Origin: Camelus dromedarius
Taxonomy: Eukaryota
Assembly: GCF_036321535.1 (NCBI RefSeq)
Contig: NC_087437.1
Coordinates: forward strand, 7,936,001-8,000,000
DNA length: 64,000 nucleotides
Reading direction: 5' to 3'
In this document: one piece after another, positions 39,561 through 53,120 of the stretch
How positions within the stretch are numbered: position 1 is the first letter of the stretch
Layout: each line of letters begins with the position of its first letter
Made by a program: the position numbers and the translations under genes
The notes under the pieces: model-generated
Database searches by the model: none
What the model saw: the letters and a program-made list of their open reading frames with translations, nothing else
What the model was told of the DNA's origin: nothing

Positions 39561-40859
39561 TTTTATCAATTAAGTTATCTATTTATAATAAGGGAAAACA
39601 CCAAGAAAAATGGTGGCCAGAGGCTTTGAGTGACTCAAATAAGTCTAAGAGTAAAGGAAGACCAAAATGAAGCTACAGATAACTTTTGCAAGAACAGTTT
39701 CCATTGAGTGGTAGACATACAATCCCAAATGCAGAGGTAGAGAAGGAATACTAGTAGTGAACATGACAATTTTTAAAAAATTTTTTTTCTAAAAGAATTT
39801 TTTGATTGCAGTTATTTTCACTCTGGAAAAGGATGAGAGTCATACAGTATTAATTTAGAATGCAATAATTTGAGTGCATGAAAGGAGATAACTTTTGTAC
39901 TGGTCAGCGAGACCTAACCACAAGAGTGATTAAAATTCAGTAGTACCAAATTTTGTCTCCCTAAGTAAGATAAAATATTCAAAGCCACCACTTCTCTGAA
40001 ATAATCTTAGGAGTAAATAGCCAATGAAAATCAGACTCCTTCTTCTGCTGTAACAACCTGAGACAATAAGGGACCAGTGAGTCATGAAATGGGCACTATT
40101 TCACATGGATGAGGGAGAGGAGAAGGTAAGTGGAATTGCTCTGGCTGCCATAATTTTTTTACTTTGCATGATTCCATGAGGCCTAAGATTCCTTTTAACT
40201 TAAAGAGTACCATATAAGATCAAATTGATTGCCTGGGAATGTTCATATCAGAGCATTAATGCCAGACACATCCATCTTGGAGATGCTCAGATTGTGAGAA
40301 TATGCTATCCTAAATTATACTCCTAGGGCTGTGAAATGGAGGAGGAAATAAGCAGGTATCACCATAACTTTCTTCTCTTTCCATCATGATCCACTAATCC
40401 CGGTAAATACTCATTTTTGAAGTTTTAAACATTTAATGTCGAGAGTATTCAATTCAGTTGGACAGTGGAGTAGGTTAAGAAAAACTTTGGTGAATTTTAT
40501 TTTCCCTCTGATTTCTTTCTGCTAGGCTCAGATAAGTCATCCAGAATAGCAGGGGGAAAAGATAGGCTTTGGCAATTCATGTCAAATTGGCTCAGTCTTA
40601 GACTCACAAAATAAGTAGGGCTCAAATATGCTTACATATCATCTAGACCCACTGCATTATTTTCAGAGGGATAAAATCAGGCTCAGGGAGGTTGTGTGTC
40701 TTACCCAAGATATGACAGTGAGTAGAGCCAGGAATAGAACTCAAATTTTCTAACGTTAAGATCTATAGTCAATAAATATTTATTAAGTGCTTAGTCTATG
40801 CTAGACAGTGTCCTAGCCTCTGAGGATTAACAGGTGAAAAATATCACCTGGGAAATGGA

Positions 40860-42280
40860 AAGCAAGTTGATAACTGCCACAACGACTTATAATAGCACCG
40901 AAAAATGTGAGACACTTAGGTATAAATCAAGCAAGATAGATGCATGACCTATGTGAAAACTACAGAACGCTGATAAATCATAGAAGACTTTAATAAATGG
41001 AGTCACATACCGTGCTTGTGGATTAGAACACTCAGTGTTGTTAAGATGTCAGTTCTCCCCATTGAACCTGTATATTCATTACAATCCCAAAAGAAATCTT
41101 GGCAAGATTTTTGTAGATATTGATAAACCGATTCTAAAATGAATATGGAAAAATAAAGGAACTAGCGTAGTCCAGCAATTTTTAAAAAGAAGCACAAAGT
41201 TGGAAGATTGACACTACCTGACTTCAAGTCTTACTATAAAGCTGTGATGTTGGTAAAACCATATATAGATCAGAAGAGTGGAATAGACAATCCAGAAACA
41301 GACCCTCAAAAATATGGTCAGCTGATTTTTGACAGATGCAAGGCAGTTCCATGGAAAAAGAATAGCCTTTTAACACATGGTGCTGAAGCAATTCAGTATC
41401 CACATATAAAAAAGGTCCGTACTTTATACTATACATAAAAATTAATTCAAAATGAGTCAAAGAGCTGTATATAAAATCTAAAGCTCTAAAACTTCTGGAA
41501 GGAAACAGGATAAAATCTTTGTGACCTTGGGTTAAGCTAATCATTCACAGAGAAGACACCAAAAGTACAATCTGTAAAGGAAAAAACTGATAAGTAGGGC
41601 TTCATCAAAATAAAAAAAGTTTTTGCTATATAAAAGATATGTCAAGATAATAAAGAGACAAGCCATGGAGTGGGAGAGAATATTTGAAAAACATATCTAT
41701 TAAAGATCTTGTATCCAGAATATAAAAATAACTCTCAAAACTCAGTAACAAGAAAACAAACAACCTATTTAATGATGAACAAACACCAAACACTAGAGAA
41801 CATACAGAGCAACTAAATAACTCATACATCACTGGTAGAAATGCAAATTAGCACTGTGCTCTGGAAAATAGTTCGGTAATTTCTTTTGAAACTAAACATG
41901 TGTTTACCATATTATCCAATAATTGTACTTCTCGGCATTCCCAGGGAAATAAAACTTATGTTCATACAAAAACCTATACATTAAAGTCCATAGCAGTTCT
42001 ATTGATCATAGCCAAAAGCTGAAAACAATCCAGATCTTCTGCAGTGGGTGAATGGTTAAACAAACTGCAGGACATCCATACCACGGAATACTACTCGGCA
42101 ATAAAAATTAATAAACTATGCATACGTGCAGCCACTTTGGTGAAACTCAAGGGAATTATGCTGAGTGAAAAAGCCAATCTCAAAGAGTTACATACTCTTT
42201 GATTCTGTTTATATTATCTATTGTTACACACAACGAGTCTGGTAGAACTCAAGAGAAGTATGCTGAGTGAAAAGAAGCCA
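40860..42280 (+). mobile_element. Old L1 (L1MC/MD-like) ORF2 3' half and 3' UTR
   Basis: ORF 41208-41438 LPDFKSYYKA..PETDPQKYGQLIFD; ctcaagggaattatgctgagtgaaaa. Confidence 0.85.
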
Positions 42281-42771
42281 GCCAGTCCCTTTCTTCACCA
42301 GGCTCTCAGGTAGAAAGGTGAAGAGTCTTCTCTTGGGAATCTGAGCAGCCCAGAGGGCGGAACCAAAGATAATGATATTACGAGTTTCCCAACAAACCTC
42401 CAACCTGAGCACTCCATACTACACTTCTCAATCAGCGAGCTCTGTGTATTGTCCTCAGAGCTTCCAAATCAGCCTTTTTGTCTCTGACTAAATAAGAGTT
42501 GGCAAGCAAGGATTGCCCAAAAGATAGAGACTACAACAAATAAATAGAAAACAAGAACTGGAAAAAAGAAGACTACTAGGAGAAAAAAACTTCTCACGTA
42601 TACATACACCACTATACTCAGAGATCACAGAATACATTGCACACATGGAATAAGAACAGGATGTTATTTTAAAAAGGAGCATTCAGGAAATAAGAAAGAA
42701 ACACTGAAGATGAAAAACATGATAGCAGAAATAAAGAAGTCAAGAGAAGGATTGGAAGACAAACCAAAGAT

Positions 42772-42835
42772 TGTGTGTGTGTGTGTGTGTGAGAGAGAGA
42801 AAGAGACAGACAGAGAGGGAGGGAGAGAAAGAGAG
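42772..42835. repeat. (GT)n(GA)n compound microsatellite inside a decayed L1/HAL1 ORF1-like segment (~42600-42965)
   Basis: tgtgtgtgtgtgtgtgtgtgagagagagaaagagacagacagagaggga. Confidence 0.85.
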
Positions 42836-43077
42836 GAAAAAAGGCAGAGAAATAGAAAGTAGGGGAGAAAAGGGAAAAAATTAAACGATCAATCCATCCA
42901 TCCTATCCAGGAAAACACATTAGAGAAAATGGAGGGCAGGAAGCCGTCAATAAAATCAATCAAGGAGAAGACAAGCATATTTTATATATATATTCTTACT
43001 CAGATTCTTTTCTATTATAGGTTATAAGATATTGAATATAGTTCCCTCTTCTGTACAGGAGGTCCATGTTGGTTTTA

Positions 43078-44815
43078 TGTTTTTTAAATTTTTCTTTTTA
43101 TTATAGTGTAATTGATTTACAATGTTAATTTCAGGTATACAGCAAAATTCAGTTACACATATACATACCTGTGTATTTTTTCTTCTCCATTATATGTTAT
43201 TACAAGAAACTGAATATAGTCCCCCTTGCCTTGTTGTATAGGTCCTTGTTGTTTATCCGTTTTGTACATAGTAATGTGTATCTGTTAATCCCAAACTCCT
43301 AATTTACCCCTCCCCTGCCCTTTCCCCTTTGGTAAACATAGTTTGTTTTTTGTGTCCATAAGTCTATTCTTGGTCTGTACATAGAATTTGTATCATTGTT
43401 TTAGACTCCACATATAAGTGATAATTGATATTTGTCTTTCTCTGTCTGACTTACTTCATGTAATATGATAATCTCTAGACTCGTCCATGTTGCTGCAAAT
43501 AGTATTATTTCATTCTTTTTCATGAGTAATATTCCATTATATATATACACACACATACACACCACATATACTTGATCTGTCATCTGTCAGTGGACATTTA
43601 GGTTGTTTCCATGTCTTGGCTATTATAAATAATGCTGCTATGAACATTGGGATGCATGTGTCTTTTCAAATTATAGTTTTCTGTATATGCCTAGGAGTGG
43701 AATTGCTGGATTATATGGTAAGTCTATTTTTAGTGTTTTAAGGAACCTCCATACTGTTCTCCATATTGGCTACACCAATTTACATTCCCACCAACAGTGT
43801 AGGAGAGTTCCTTTTTCTCCACACCCTCTCCAGCATTTATTATTTGTAGGGTTTTTAATGAGGGCCATTCTGACTGGTGTGAGGTGATACTTGATTGTAG
43901 TTTTGATATGCATTTTTCTAATAGTTAGCAATATTGAGCATCTTTTCATGTGCCTGTTGCCCATTTGTATGTCTTCTTTGGAAATGTCTGTTTAGGTTTC
44001 CTGCCCATTTTATTATTGGGCTGTTTGTTTCTTTGATATTAAGCTATATGAGATGTTTGTATATTTTGGAATTAGTTGCTTGTTGGTCATGTCATTTGCA
44101 AACATTTTCTCCCATCCCATAGGTTTGTCTTTCTGTTTTATTTATGATTTCCTTTGCTGTGCAAAAGCTTTTAAGTTTAATTAAGCCCCATTTATTTATT
44201 TTTGCTTTTATTTCCATTACTCTAAGAGCTGATTTGAAAAAAAAATATTGCTGCAATTCATGTCAAGAGTGTTCTGCCTATGTTTTCCTTTAGGAGTTTT
44301 ATAGTATCTGGCCTTACATTTAGGTCTTTAATCCATTTTGAGTTTATTTTTGTATATGGTGTTAGAGAATGTTCTAATTTCAGTCTTTTATATGTAGCTG
44401 TTCTGTTTTGCCAGCACCACTTATTGAAGAGACTGTCTTTTCTTCATTGTTTATTTTTACCTCCTTTGCTGTCGATTAATTGGCCATAAGTGTGTGGGTT
44501 TATTTCTGGGCTTTCTATCTTGTTCCATTGATCTCTGTCTGTTTTTGTGCTAGTACCATACTGTCTTGATTACTGTAGCTTTGTGGTATAGTCTGAAGTC
44601 GGGGAGTGTGATTCCTCCTGCTCTATTCTTCTTTCTCAAGATTGTTTTATCTACTTGAGGTCTTTTATGTTTTGATACAAATTTTAAAAGTTTTTGTTTA
44701 AGTTCTGTGAAAAATGTCGTTGGTAACCTGATAGGGATTGCACTGAATCTGTATATTGCCTTGGACAATATGGCCATTTTAACAATATTGATTCTTTCAA
44801 GCCAAGAACACAGTA
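43078..44815 (-). mobile_element. 5'-truncated L1 (~1.75 kb) nested in a short related L1 3' fragment (~42975-43075 and 44816-44942)
   Basis: ORF2 pieces [27 protein letters not shown] and [22 protein letters not shown]. The two flanking pieces join into one continuous L1 3' UTR. Confidence 0.9.
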
Positions 44816-47069
44816 TTGTTTATCTATTTTATATATAAGAGTGTGTATCTATTAATCCCAAGCTCCTAATTTATCCCTCCCTCCCCGCTCCTTCCCCCTT
44901 TCATAACCAAGTTTGTTTTCTGTATCTGTGAGTCTTCTTCTGGATAAACGTATTTTATTACAGCAGTCATAATATACTTTTAAAGGGAAAGAATCCTACA
45001 GCAAGACTTTGTGAGAAATAACCACATCCCAGACATCTTAGTGAAAAGATGTCTTTTGAGCATATTAAGGTGACAAAACATACCTTATCCTTCCTTGAAA
45101 ATGCACTGTCGTTGTCAGTGCTGGGTAGGAAGGGCAGGGAGTGTCACAACTTCTTTCTTCTCCTCATCAATCTTATACTTTTTTTTTTTTTTAAAAGTGT
45201 GTCTTTCAGATTTTAACCACACTTTAACTTAAAAGAACTGAACAAATTATAACAGTGAAATCCAATGATTGATTGTGGCATTTTATTTTACAGCAAAGGC
45301 TTATTTTTAAGGAAGAAAAAGCACTACCTAGCTTTCAGCTTGAAAATATGTCAGCTCTTTGGGAAGCTTGTGCTGCTCTCCTTTCTGCAAAAGATGTCTT
45401 TTTGATATTCAGAATTCTTACAGTGACTCCAATGGCACCCCTCTGTAGCTCTCTGCTGTTCTGAGGTGACAGCATGGGAACAACCCCCAGCCGGGGCCAT
45501 CCTGGCCCCTTCCCCCCACTCAGCCCCCCATTTCTGATGGTTTCATTAAGGGCACAGGGCCATCACCATGATGAAGAGATGTGAGTTAGTGTAAGAGGCC
45601 AGGGTCTTGGTAAGGCAGATCTTGAAAGACAGTCTTCATTTGATCACTACAATAACATGTAAATCTGATTTTTTGGAACAAATTGTTCATATGCAGCCAA
45701 GAATCTGTTCTGTCTTATGCTCTGAATTACTTTTCTTCAATAAATATTCCCAGAAAATGCATGCATAGTTTCCTACTGTTTGAAGAGGCAACATTGGACA
45801 AAGAATAAAACCCAAGAAAAGCCCTTAAATTGATTGATGGTCGCTTTAGAGTTTAAAGTGGCAGATTCATGTCACTCTCCCTCTTGAAAATCTTTTGTTT
45901 TCAGTTCAGTTTTTCTCTGCTTTGTCTTCATTTTACTTTTTCCCCTTCAGTGTCTCCTCAAAGCACAACGTCCTATAGACTGTTTCTTTTACATGTTGCA
46001 TAGATAATAATACACAGATGCAGTAAATACTTATTCATCAAAAAATCCTGAGCTTCTATTATGTCATATACTGTGCTAGGAATTGGAAATACTGTGTTCA
46101 TCAAAAAAATATACTTGAGGGGTTTATAATCTAATGTGGATTAAAACTTGAAATTCCTGTGTTATTGCCAAATCTTCCCTCCTTTTGTCCCTCCATCACT
46201 CTCCTCTGTGTATGTGATCATCACCCATCCTGTCACAAACACATAGGACATAGAAAATAATAGCATTTTAATTGATAGATTCAGGAATCAGTAATGCAAA
46301 AGCTGTCAAAATGCTAAAAACAGATGCCAAAGCTTCCCATTCTCAGTCTACAACAACAAAAAGAAAATAAAAGATTCAAAATCATCATACCAATCAAAGA
46401 GTCTATTTCAAGCACCCAAGTTGGCTATCAGATTAGATATGACTAGAATTTTTTAACTATTGCCAAACAGCTGTTCATACTCCTTGGCAACCTGTGTGTC
46501 CGCAGGCCCTACCAGTTTGGGAGTGACAGAGAGTCATATTTATAGGAACACAGTAGTTTTCTAATTTTGCCCTCACCTATTACTGAGCATCTTCCAGATC
46601 CCCTTAGAAGCTTCCCCAAGCACTCCTGCTTGTCCCCTGGAGATGTCTCACTGGTATTGAAGAGCAGGGCCTCTCAGCCACCACTTCCTGTGCTTTTGCT
46701 CTGGCTTCGGCTCTGGCGCCGTGTGGCAGAATCAGCAAGCCTCCAGTCTCCGTGAAACCTGGTGAATGTGCAATTTCACTGATGCTGCTTCTGATGACAT
46801 CTTTTATCAATGTCGTCTGAAGTCATGCTGTGCTCATGTTGTGCTTTGCTGAAGCTGCCAAATCTCCAGTATGGTGCACGCCGTCCCCTGCTGAGTGCCC
46901 AGTGCTCTCAGTAGAACAGTGGATAAAACAGACAGCCTCACGCTTGCTCCTCTCCACCAAATGTACCTTGTTAGCAGTTCAGAATGCTGCAACACACACA
47001 AGACAAATAAGAAACAAAGTGCTGGTTTATTTATATGGAAATGTCCAAAATGTGAGGCCTTTGTGTAAC

Positions 47070-47993
47070 TGTGTTGGATGGTGTAATTAGGAGGCCAAAG
47101 ATGAACCCCCCACCTGCCATTCCAAACCTAGATCTTCGAGCCTGCATGCTCAGCCATGCACCCGGAGGCATTACAGGGGCTGTAAATCAGACTCCTATTT
47201 GCTTTCACAAACAGTCCTACCTTATACACCCAGTTACACAGAACAGAGAAAACTTAGAGAATGATGACATAAAAGTCAATCATGGCCAGGACCACTGCAT
47301 GGAAGCCTTACCCAAAGATATAGCAAGAGAAAACTAAGTATATATATGTACCTATAGCACATCACACATTAGGACATTCATTTTAGGTTGCTTGACTTGC
47401 CCATCTTCCTCCCACCTTGTGTCCCTCTGACCCGGAAGATTCTTCACTCTGCATCGGCTGTGGAGATGGAACTTCTTATGTGCCTACGTGGGGATCCAGG
47501 AGGAAGGATGGAGCTTCCTCCATGAGTGCCATCAAGTATCCTCAGCCTCCTGTATACCCATCCCATGACTTGCTCACTGATGCTGCAGTAAAACAAAATC
47601 ATAGTCACTTTGGGCTAGTTAAAGAAATCACCCCTGCTAGTCCTAAATCTAAACTCACCTTGTGTTTTATTGAAGTATAGTTGATTTGCAATATTATATT
47701 AATTTCAGGTATACAGCATAGTCATTCAGGATTTTTGCAGACTATATTCCATTGTAGGTTATTACAAGATAATGACTGTAATTCTCCATGCTCTACAATA
47801 TATTGTTGGTTACTTATATTATATGCAGTAGTTTGTATCTGTTCGTCCCATACCCCTAATTTGTCCATCGCCCCTTCCCACTCTGCTTTGTTTTCTGTAT
47901 CCCTGTAGATTTGTCTTTTGTGTTTGGTCTAGCTCATAAGACCTTCTTCAGAATATGGGCTCTGAGCCCTTCCCAGGTTAAATTCAGGGAGAC
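47070..47993. mobile_element. Possible ERV solo LTR interrupted by an L1 3' fragment
   Basis: Begins tgttgg and ends gggagaca, with LTR-like composition. I do not recognise the family. Confidence 0.35.
47660..47905 (-). mobile_element. Short L1 3' UTR fragment
   Basis: ttattgaagtatagttgatttgcaatatt..tttcaggtatacagcatagt; homologous to 56860-57120. Confidence 0.85.
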
Positions 47994-49330
47994 AAAAATT
48001 CCCAGAAAGTAGAAAATAAAGACAGTATGCCACATATGAGCACGTTCCTATCTAGTGGGTATATCCCAGTGAACAAAGTTCTCCCCAATGAGCTTAGCTC
48101 CTCCACCTCCCTTACCGAGAGTAAGAGAAACCAGAAGTGTTTCTCTGCCTGCCTAAGGGAATATGGAACAAAAGTTCATTCAACCCTCATGCCTATAATG
48201 TAGTGAGACAGAAACTTGAGAAAAGAGGCTTAAGTGTTTCTCCCTACAAATTTCAAGAGTGAATGCCTGTGTCTTCCATATCACTTAGAATTTGGGAGAA
48301 ACTTAACCTTCAATTTCATTGGTAGCCCCCTCCCTCCTGTCTAAAACTCAAGACCAACTCATGCAGGCCATAATTGAGGATAATCTATATATAGTGTTTA
48401 AAATTACCTTCTCCCTGCCAGTGCTTTGGGGCTGTTATTGTGCCAACATACACACTCTGCCTTTTCAGGAAGTGTCTTTCCCAAGAGGTCTCCTGCCATT
48501 TGTACAAATAGACTCCTGGTGATCACACCCCTCCATCCCTCCATCCGGACAGGCCTCAACACACCTTCATCTAGGATGATCACAGCCTTGACTCTCCTGC
48601 AAAATCAAGATCTGTCATAAACTAGCTCCTGTTGACCTTGGTAGTCACCTGTATTTACTTTTTGTCTAGTTTGCTAAACTTCACATTGCCCTAGGCATAC
48701 GTATCTCCTACATATCTGCCCAAAAATTGTCTGCCCGCAAAGCACTGGGGCCAAAGACTTCAAAAAATATCAACCTGCACTGGTATAAGCAACCCTTGTC
48801 CTCTTTCACTAGGAAATTGGCTCTGGTTATTTTCAGAGTCCAAAGAACTGTCAGCTAGGGAAATGGCTTTCGTGGGTGTAGGCCTAAATTCTGGACTGCT
48901 CCTTTCAAAGAATTTTAGTTGGTTTTACTTTTACAACATAATTAGTAAAGCTTAGTGAACACTTGGGTGTGTCGCCTTTGGACTGAAATATTTGCATATT
49001 GTCTTCAATTTGTCTATAATTATTGTACTTTTGTATTTCTGAAATTGCAAGGCCTTAATTGAACTGATCAAAGTGAAATAAGAAACAGCAAGCATTTTGA
49101 TTAGCATTCTTTGCAAAGCAGTGAAAATACCCTAGAATTAAAGACTTTGCCCTAACTTGCTCAAAATGAAATAGATGGAGTTGTGGAACAGAGTAGGGAA
49201 AATAAAGCACTAAAGAAATATCATGTAAAGGAAACCAGCCCTGATACTTTGCAAAACAATACGACCATTGGGTTTAAATAGAAAACTGAGCAAATTAATT
49301 ACATTAAGTGTTCTTGGATTAGATGGTCTT

Positions 49331-49790
49331 TGTGATAAATTGTATCATTAGCCCCAAGTCTTCACACCCACACTTGTTCCCACACCTTTTGTCATGGAAT
49401 TTGCAGTTACTCATTCTAAAAAAATGTGACTTGCTTTGGCCAATAGAAGAATGGGATGGAAATGAAATTGGACTGGTTCGGCCTAGGCCTTAAAAGGCCT
49501 TGAGTGTTTCTGTTTACATTCTTATGTTTCTGTCATCTCTGTGAGAAGTTTATGCCTGGTCTTGCCTACTAGTCCCAAGCAAGGGCAAATATCACGTGGA
49601 ACAGAACTAGCTCGCTAGGCTGCTCAGAGACACAGGAGTGAGTCTAGCCAAGATCAGCAAAGCTGGCCGACCAGCCAATTCCAGTCTAGATCACCTGCCT
49701 CCCAGCTGTCCTGCAGGTGCATGAGGAAAATAATGCTTTTTGTTATATATGGAGGTTTTGTGGTGGTTTGTTATTTAACAGTAGTTAAGC
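49331..49790 (+). mobile_element. MaLR LTR (MLT1G/H-like)
   Basis: atgtgacttgctttggccaatagaa, cctaggccttaaaagg and ttttgtggtggtttgttat. Confidence 0.75.
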
Positions 49791-51007
49791 AGCACAGTCT
49801 AATGAGTAGGATGTATAAACTTCAAAAATATTAACTTAAATTCCATTTAGAAACTTGTTCCTTTGGAAAAGCTCGATTCTAACTCCTCTTGAAATTAAAA
49901 TTGCCAGATAGAAGAAAAACTTCGGCCTTTCAAACCAAAGCATGATGGAGTGATTAGATGCATTTTTTACTATATATTTTAAAGGTAGATGAAATGTGAG
50001 GACACACGTGCACACACACAAAATCTTAGTAACCAGACAGATAAAAGGAAATAGAAATCAAGATACGATGACAATCCATTGATCCTATGATAGACCTCTG
50101 AGCTACTACACCCTAGCCAAACTGACAGATTTTAACTTAGCAGTGGCCTGGTCCCATCCCACAAATTTTCAAAGGAAGCCTTTGTTCCACCTCGCCAACC
50201 ATTCCACAGCACTCCAATTTAGGAAGAGACTACTCATCTCTCTTGTGTAATCCAAGTAAGCTTTCTAGGAGGCAAGATAGTGATAGCAACTAGATAGCTA
50301 CTTTTAACAATTCACTTGTAGAATTGTGGTCACTAGCTAAACAAAGTTCAGTATAAAGACGAGTCAACATCTATATTCTGCCTTTTCAGACTTTCTCTGT
50401 AAGCTAGTAATTAGCATTAATCAAAATCAAACACTTTTAGGCTCCTAAAATCTCACGAGAAAGCAGAGCTTCATTAATGCTAATTTCTGTTTCTTTTCTA
50501 GTTCTTGTCCATGTTGAAATGAAGCCATTCCATAGGTCTCATGCTAAGAAATAATGTAAAAATGTTTATTTAAATTAAATCAAATTGTTAGTCTTTTATT
50601 TGCTAACAAGGATACCTTCAGTTATTGAGTGTCTAAAACTGTTGAAAATATTCCCTTGCTTTGTTTTAAGTTAATTATTACAGACTCAGCTTTGTACAGT
50701 TTGTTAAGAAATGAAATCTTCATGAATATAAAATACATTTATAAGAAAAAAAGATGAGAAAGCTATTTTTTGCATGCCAAGGAGCTTAGAATCTCATATT
50801 TAAATTCATTAAAAGTAATCTGAAACATTCTAAATTCTGTATACTGTGAACATTCACTGAATCCTTCTTCAAGACTTAGAATTACTACAGTCTCATTCAT
50901 TAGATGTGATACAAGAATATGTATAAAATTTAGTATAAACCTGTAAAAGTACCCCCTTTGTCCTTAAAAATCTGTTTTTTAATCATTCAAAAATAGTTAC
51001 TGACCAC

Positions 51008-51325
51008 TGTATTAGTCAGGACCTCAGCAGGAAATGAATGGCATACTCAAATGAGATTTTCAGTAGGAACTCAGTATAAAGTGTGGGCAGGGTGAAGAGG
51101 AAAGCAATAATGTGGGCTCAAACATCAGACCTGTAGGTGTCCTGAGTCCATGGTACAGAGGGAACCAGGGCATGGCCGGAAGTCATCGGGAGAGAGTGTG
51201 GTAATAGCGGTCCACCTTAAGAGAAGCAGTGACTTAGGGAGCACAGCCAGCTTGAGGCCACCCCACAGGGTGGGCCCCAGCAGCCAAAGTAATAAATATT
51301 CTCTCCCTCCAAGCCACTGCTCTGG
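51008..51325 (-). mobile_element. ERVL-class LTR fragment inserted in L2
   Basis: tgtattagtcaggacctcagcaggaaatgaatggcatactcaaat..aaagtgtgggcagggt. Confidence 0.5.
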
Positions 51326-51985
51326 TGTTAGGAAACTGGGGATCCAGCGGTGAACAAAAAGGACAAATGTTGCTGCTTCCTGGATATGACATTCTAGTCA
51401 GAAGAGACAAGTGAACAAAACCAAGTGCTACTAAGGAAAATAAAAACTTGGGCAGGGTCACAGAGAGAGCTTATAGTAGGTTAGAGGTATTGCAAATTAA
51501 ATGGGATGATCAAGGAAGACCTTGTTAAGCAAGTGGTGCTGGAACAAAGGCATGAAGAGGGTGGAGGGGCTAAACGTATAGATATCTAGGGAAGCACATT
51601 CCAGATGGAGAGAGAAGAGGGCCCCGGGGGAGTGCTGGCCTGTCTGAGGGAACAGCCAGGAGGCCAGTGCCAGCAGAGCAAGAGGGAGAGGAGTTGGAAG
51701 GAGGGTCAGAGTGTAGAGGGGAGGGGACTAGGTAGACCCTCGAAGGCCACTGTAAAGACCTTCGTGTTTATTCTGAGACGTAGGAAGCAATGAAAGGGTT
51801 TTCAAGTTGAGGAATGACATGATCTGATTTCAGCTTTATCAGCATCATGCTTGCTGTCGAATTGAGACTAGAATGAAAAGGGTAGGGCTGAGACAGAAAG
51901 ACTTGTTAGGAGTCTACTGCAATAATCCAAGCAAGAGGTGATGGTGGCTGAGACTTGGGTAGTGGAGGTGGTGAGAAGTAAAATT
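51326..51985 (-). mobile_element. L2 LINE fragment
   Basis: ctggggatccagcggtgaacaaaa, gatatctagggaagcacattccag, gaggaatgacatgatctgattt and gcaataatccaagcaagaggtgatggtggct. Confidence 0.85.
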
Positions 51986-52009
51986 CATCCACTTGTGAAT
52001 AGGAGAGTG

Positions 52010-52240
52010 GCTATGAGGGCAAGCTTTGGCATTAGAATCCCTGGATTTAGGTCTGTCACTTAGCTGTGTGGCTAGGGCAGGTCATGTAACCTCTCTGTGC
52101 TTTGTTCTTCTCATCTGTGAATTGGAGATGATAATAGCACCTAGTTCATAGGGTTGTTTCCAGATTTAAATGATATAATTCATGTAAATGGCTTAGTAGA
52201 GTATCTGGCACATAGAAAGCCCTCAATAAATATTATGATT
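52010..52240 (+). mobile_element. MIR SINE
   Basis: cacttagctgtgtggctagggcaggtcatgtaacctctctgtgc..ctcatctgtgaattggagatgataatagcaccta..ctggcacatagaaagccctcaataaatatt. Confidence 0.85.
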
Positions 52241-52749
52241 GTTGTCTCCATTTGAAAAGCATCCTGAGATGCTTTTTAAAAGTTACCTCTCATCACTAGT
52301 GTGGTTGAAGACTATCTCATGCAGTCTGGAAGAAGTCTGCGTAAAGTCACTTATACTAGAGGTTTAGTTATTTTTGTAAGTCCTTATTGGTCTCCTTGCC
52401 TGTCCCTGAATTCTCTGAACAATGGAACAAACCGCTTTGCCTAGCAGGCCCTACCACCTTGAGATACCTCTGACTAGATGAAAGTTTCTAGTAATTTTGA
52501 GCTGGAACCTGTTTCCTGTTGTCCCACCTGCAGTTCTAGACCTCTCTTTGAGGATTTACAGTTCATTTCCTTTCATGTGGCAATAATTTTAGTATTTGAA
52601 GAAAGTGAGTAGGTCCTTCTCTCCTCTTCTAAATAGTTTTTAGACTCTAGTTTTTTTTTTTTTTTAAACCAGTCCTTTAGAACAAAGTTCAGGGAAGGGA
52701 AAAGGGGTTATTGAAGAACCCTGGATTCAGAGTCATGAAAGCTGATACT

Positions 52750-53120
52750 TTAGGTTGGCTCCCTCAGCATCCTTTTCTCACCTCATTTCCATCCCATTCT
52801 CAACCACAGTCATTGGAAGACTGAAAGCTCGCCTTTTCAGATTCTTGTGGTTAGAGGGGGCTATGCTGCCTCAAGTGTTGGCCAATGAAACGCAGGCTAA
52901 GTGCGAAACTTCTTCTGCTTTGTCCTTCTGGTCTAGACCACCACCAAGAAGGAGCTGTCCCTAAAGATGGTGAGACAGAAGGACAGAGGAGCCTGTTTCT
53001 TTGATGGAAGCAGGGAGTCCCACTACCAGCCCTAGACTACTTTTCTCAGGATATCTTGTTGTTTGGGGAAAAATAAACCCATTTTAATTATACCTCTGAT
53101 TCTTAAAAATATGTAGCCCT
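52750..53120 (+). mobile_element. ERVL-class LTR (LTR33-like)
   Basis: ttggccaatgaaacgcagg, ccctaaagatggtgagacagaaggacagaggagcctg and accagccctagactac..gaaaaataaaccc. Confidence 0.6.
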
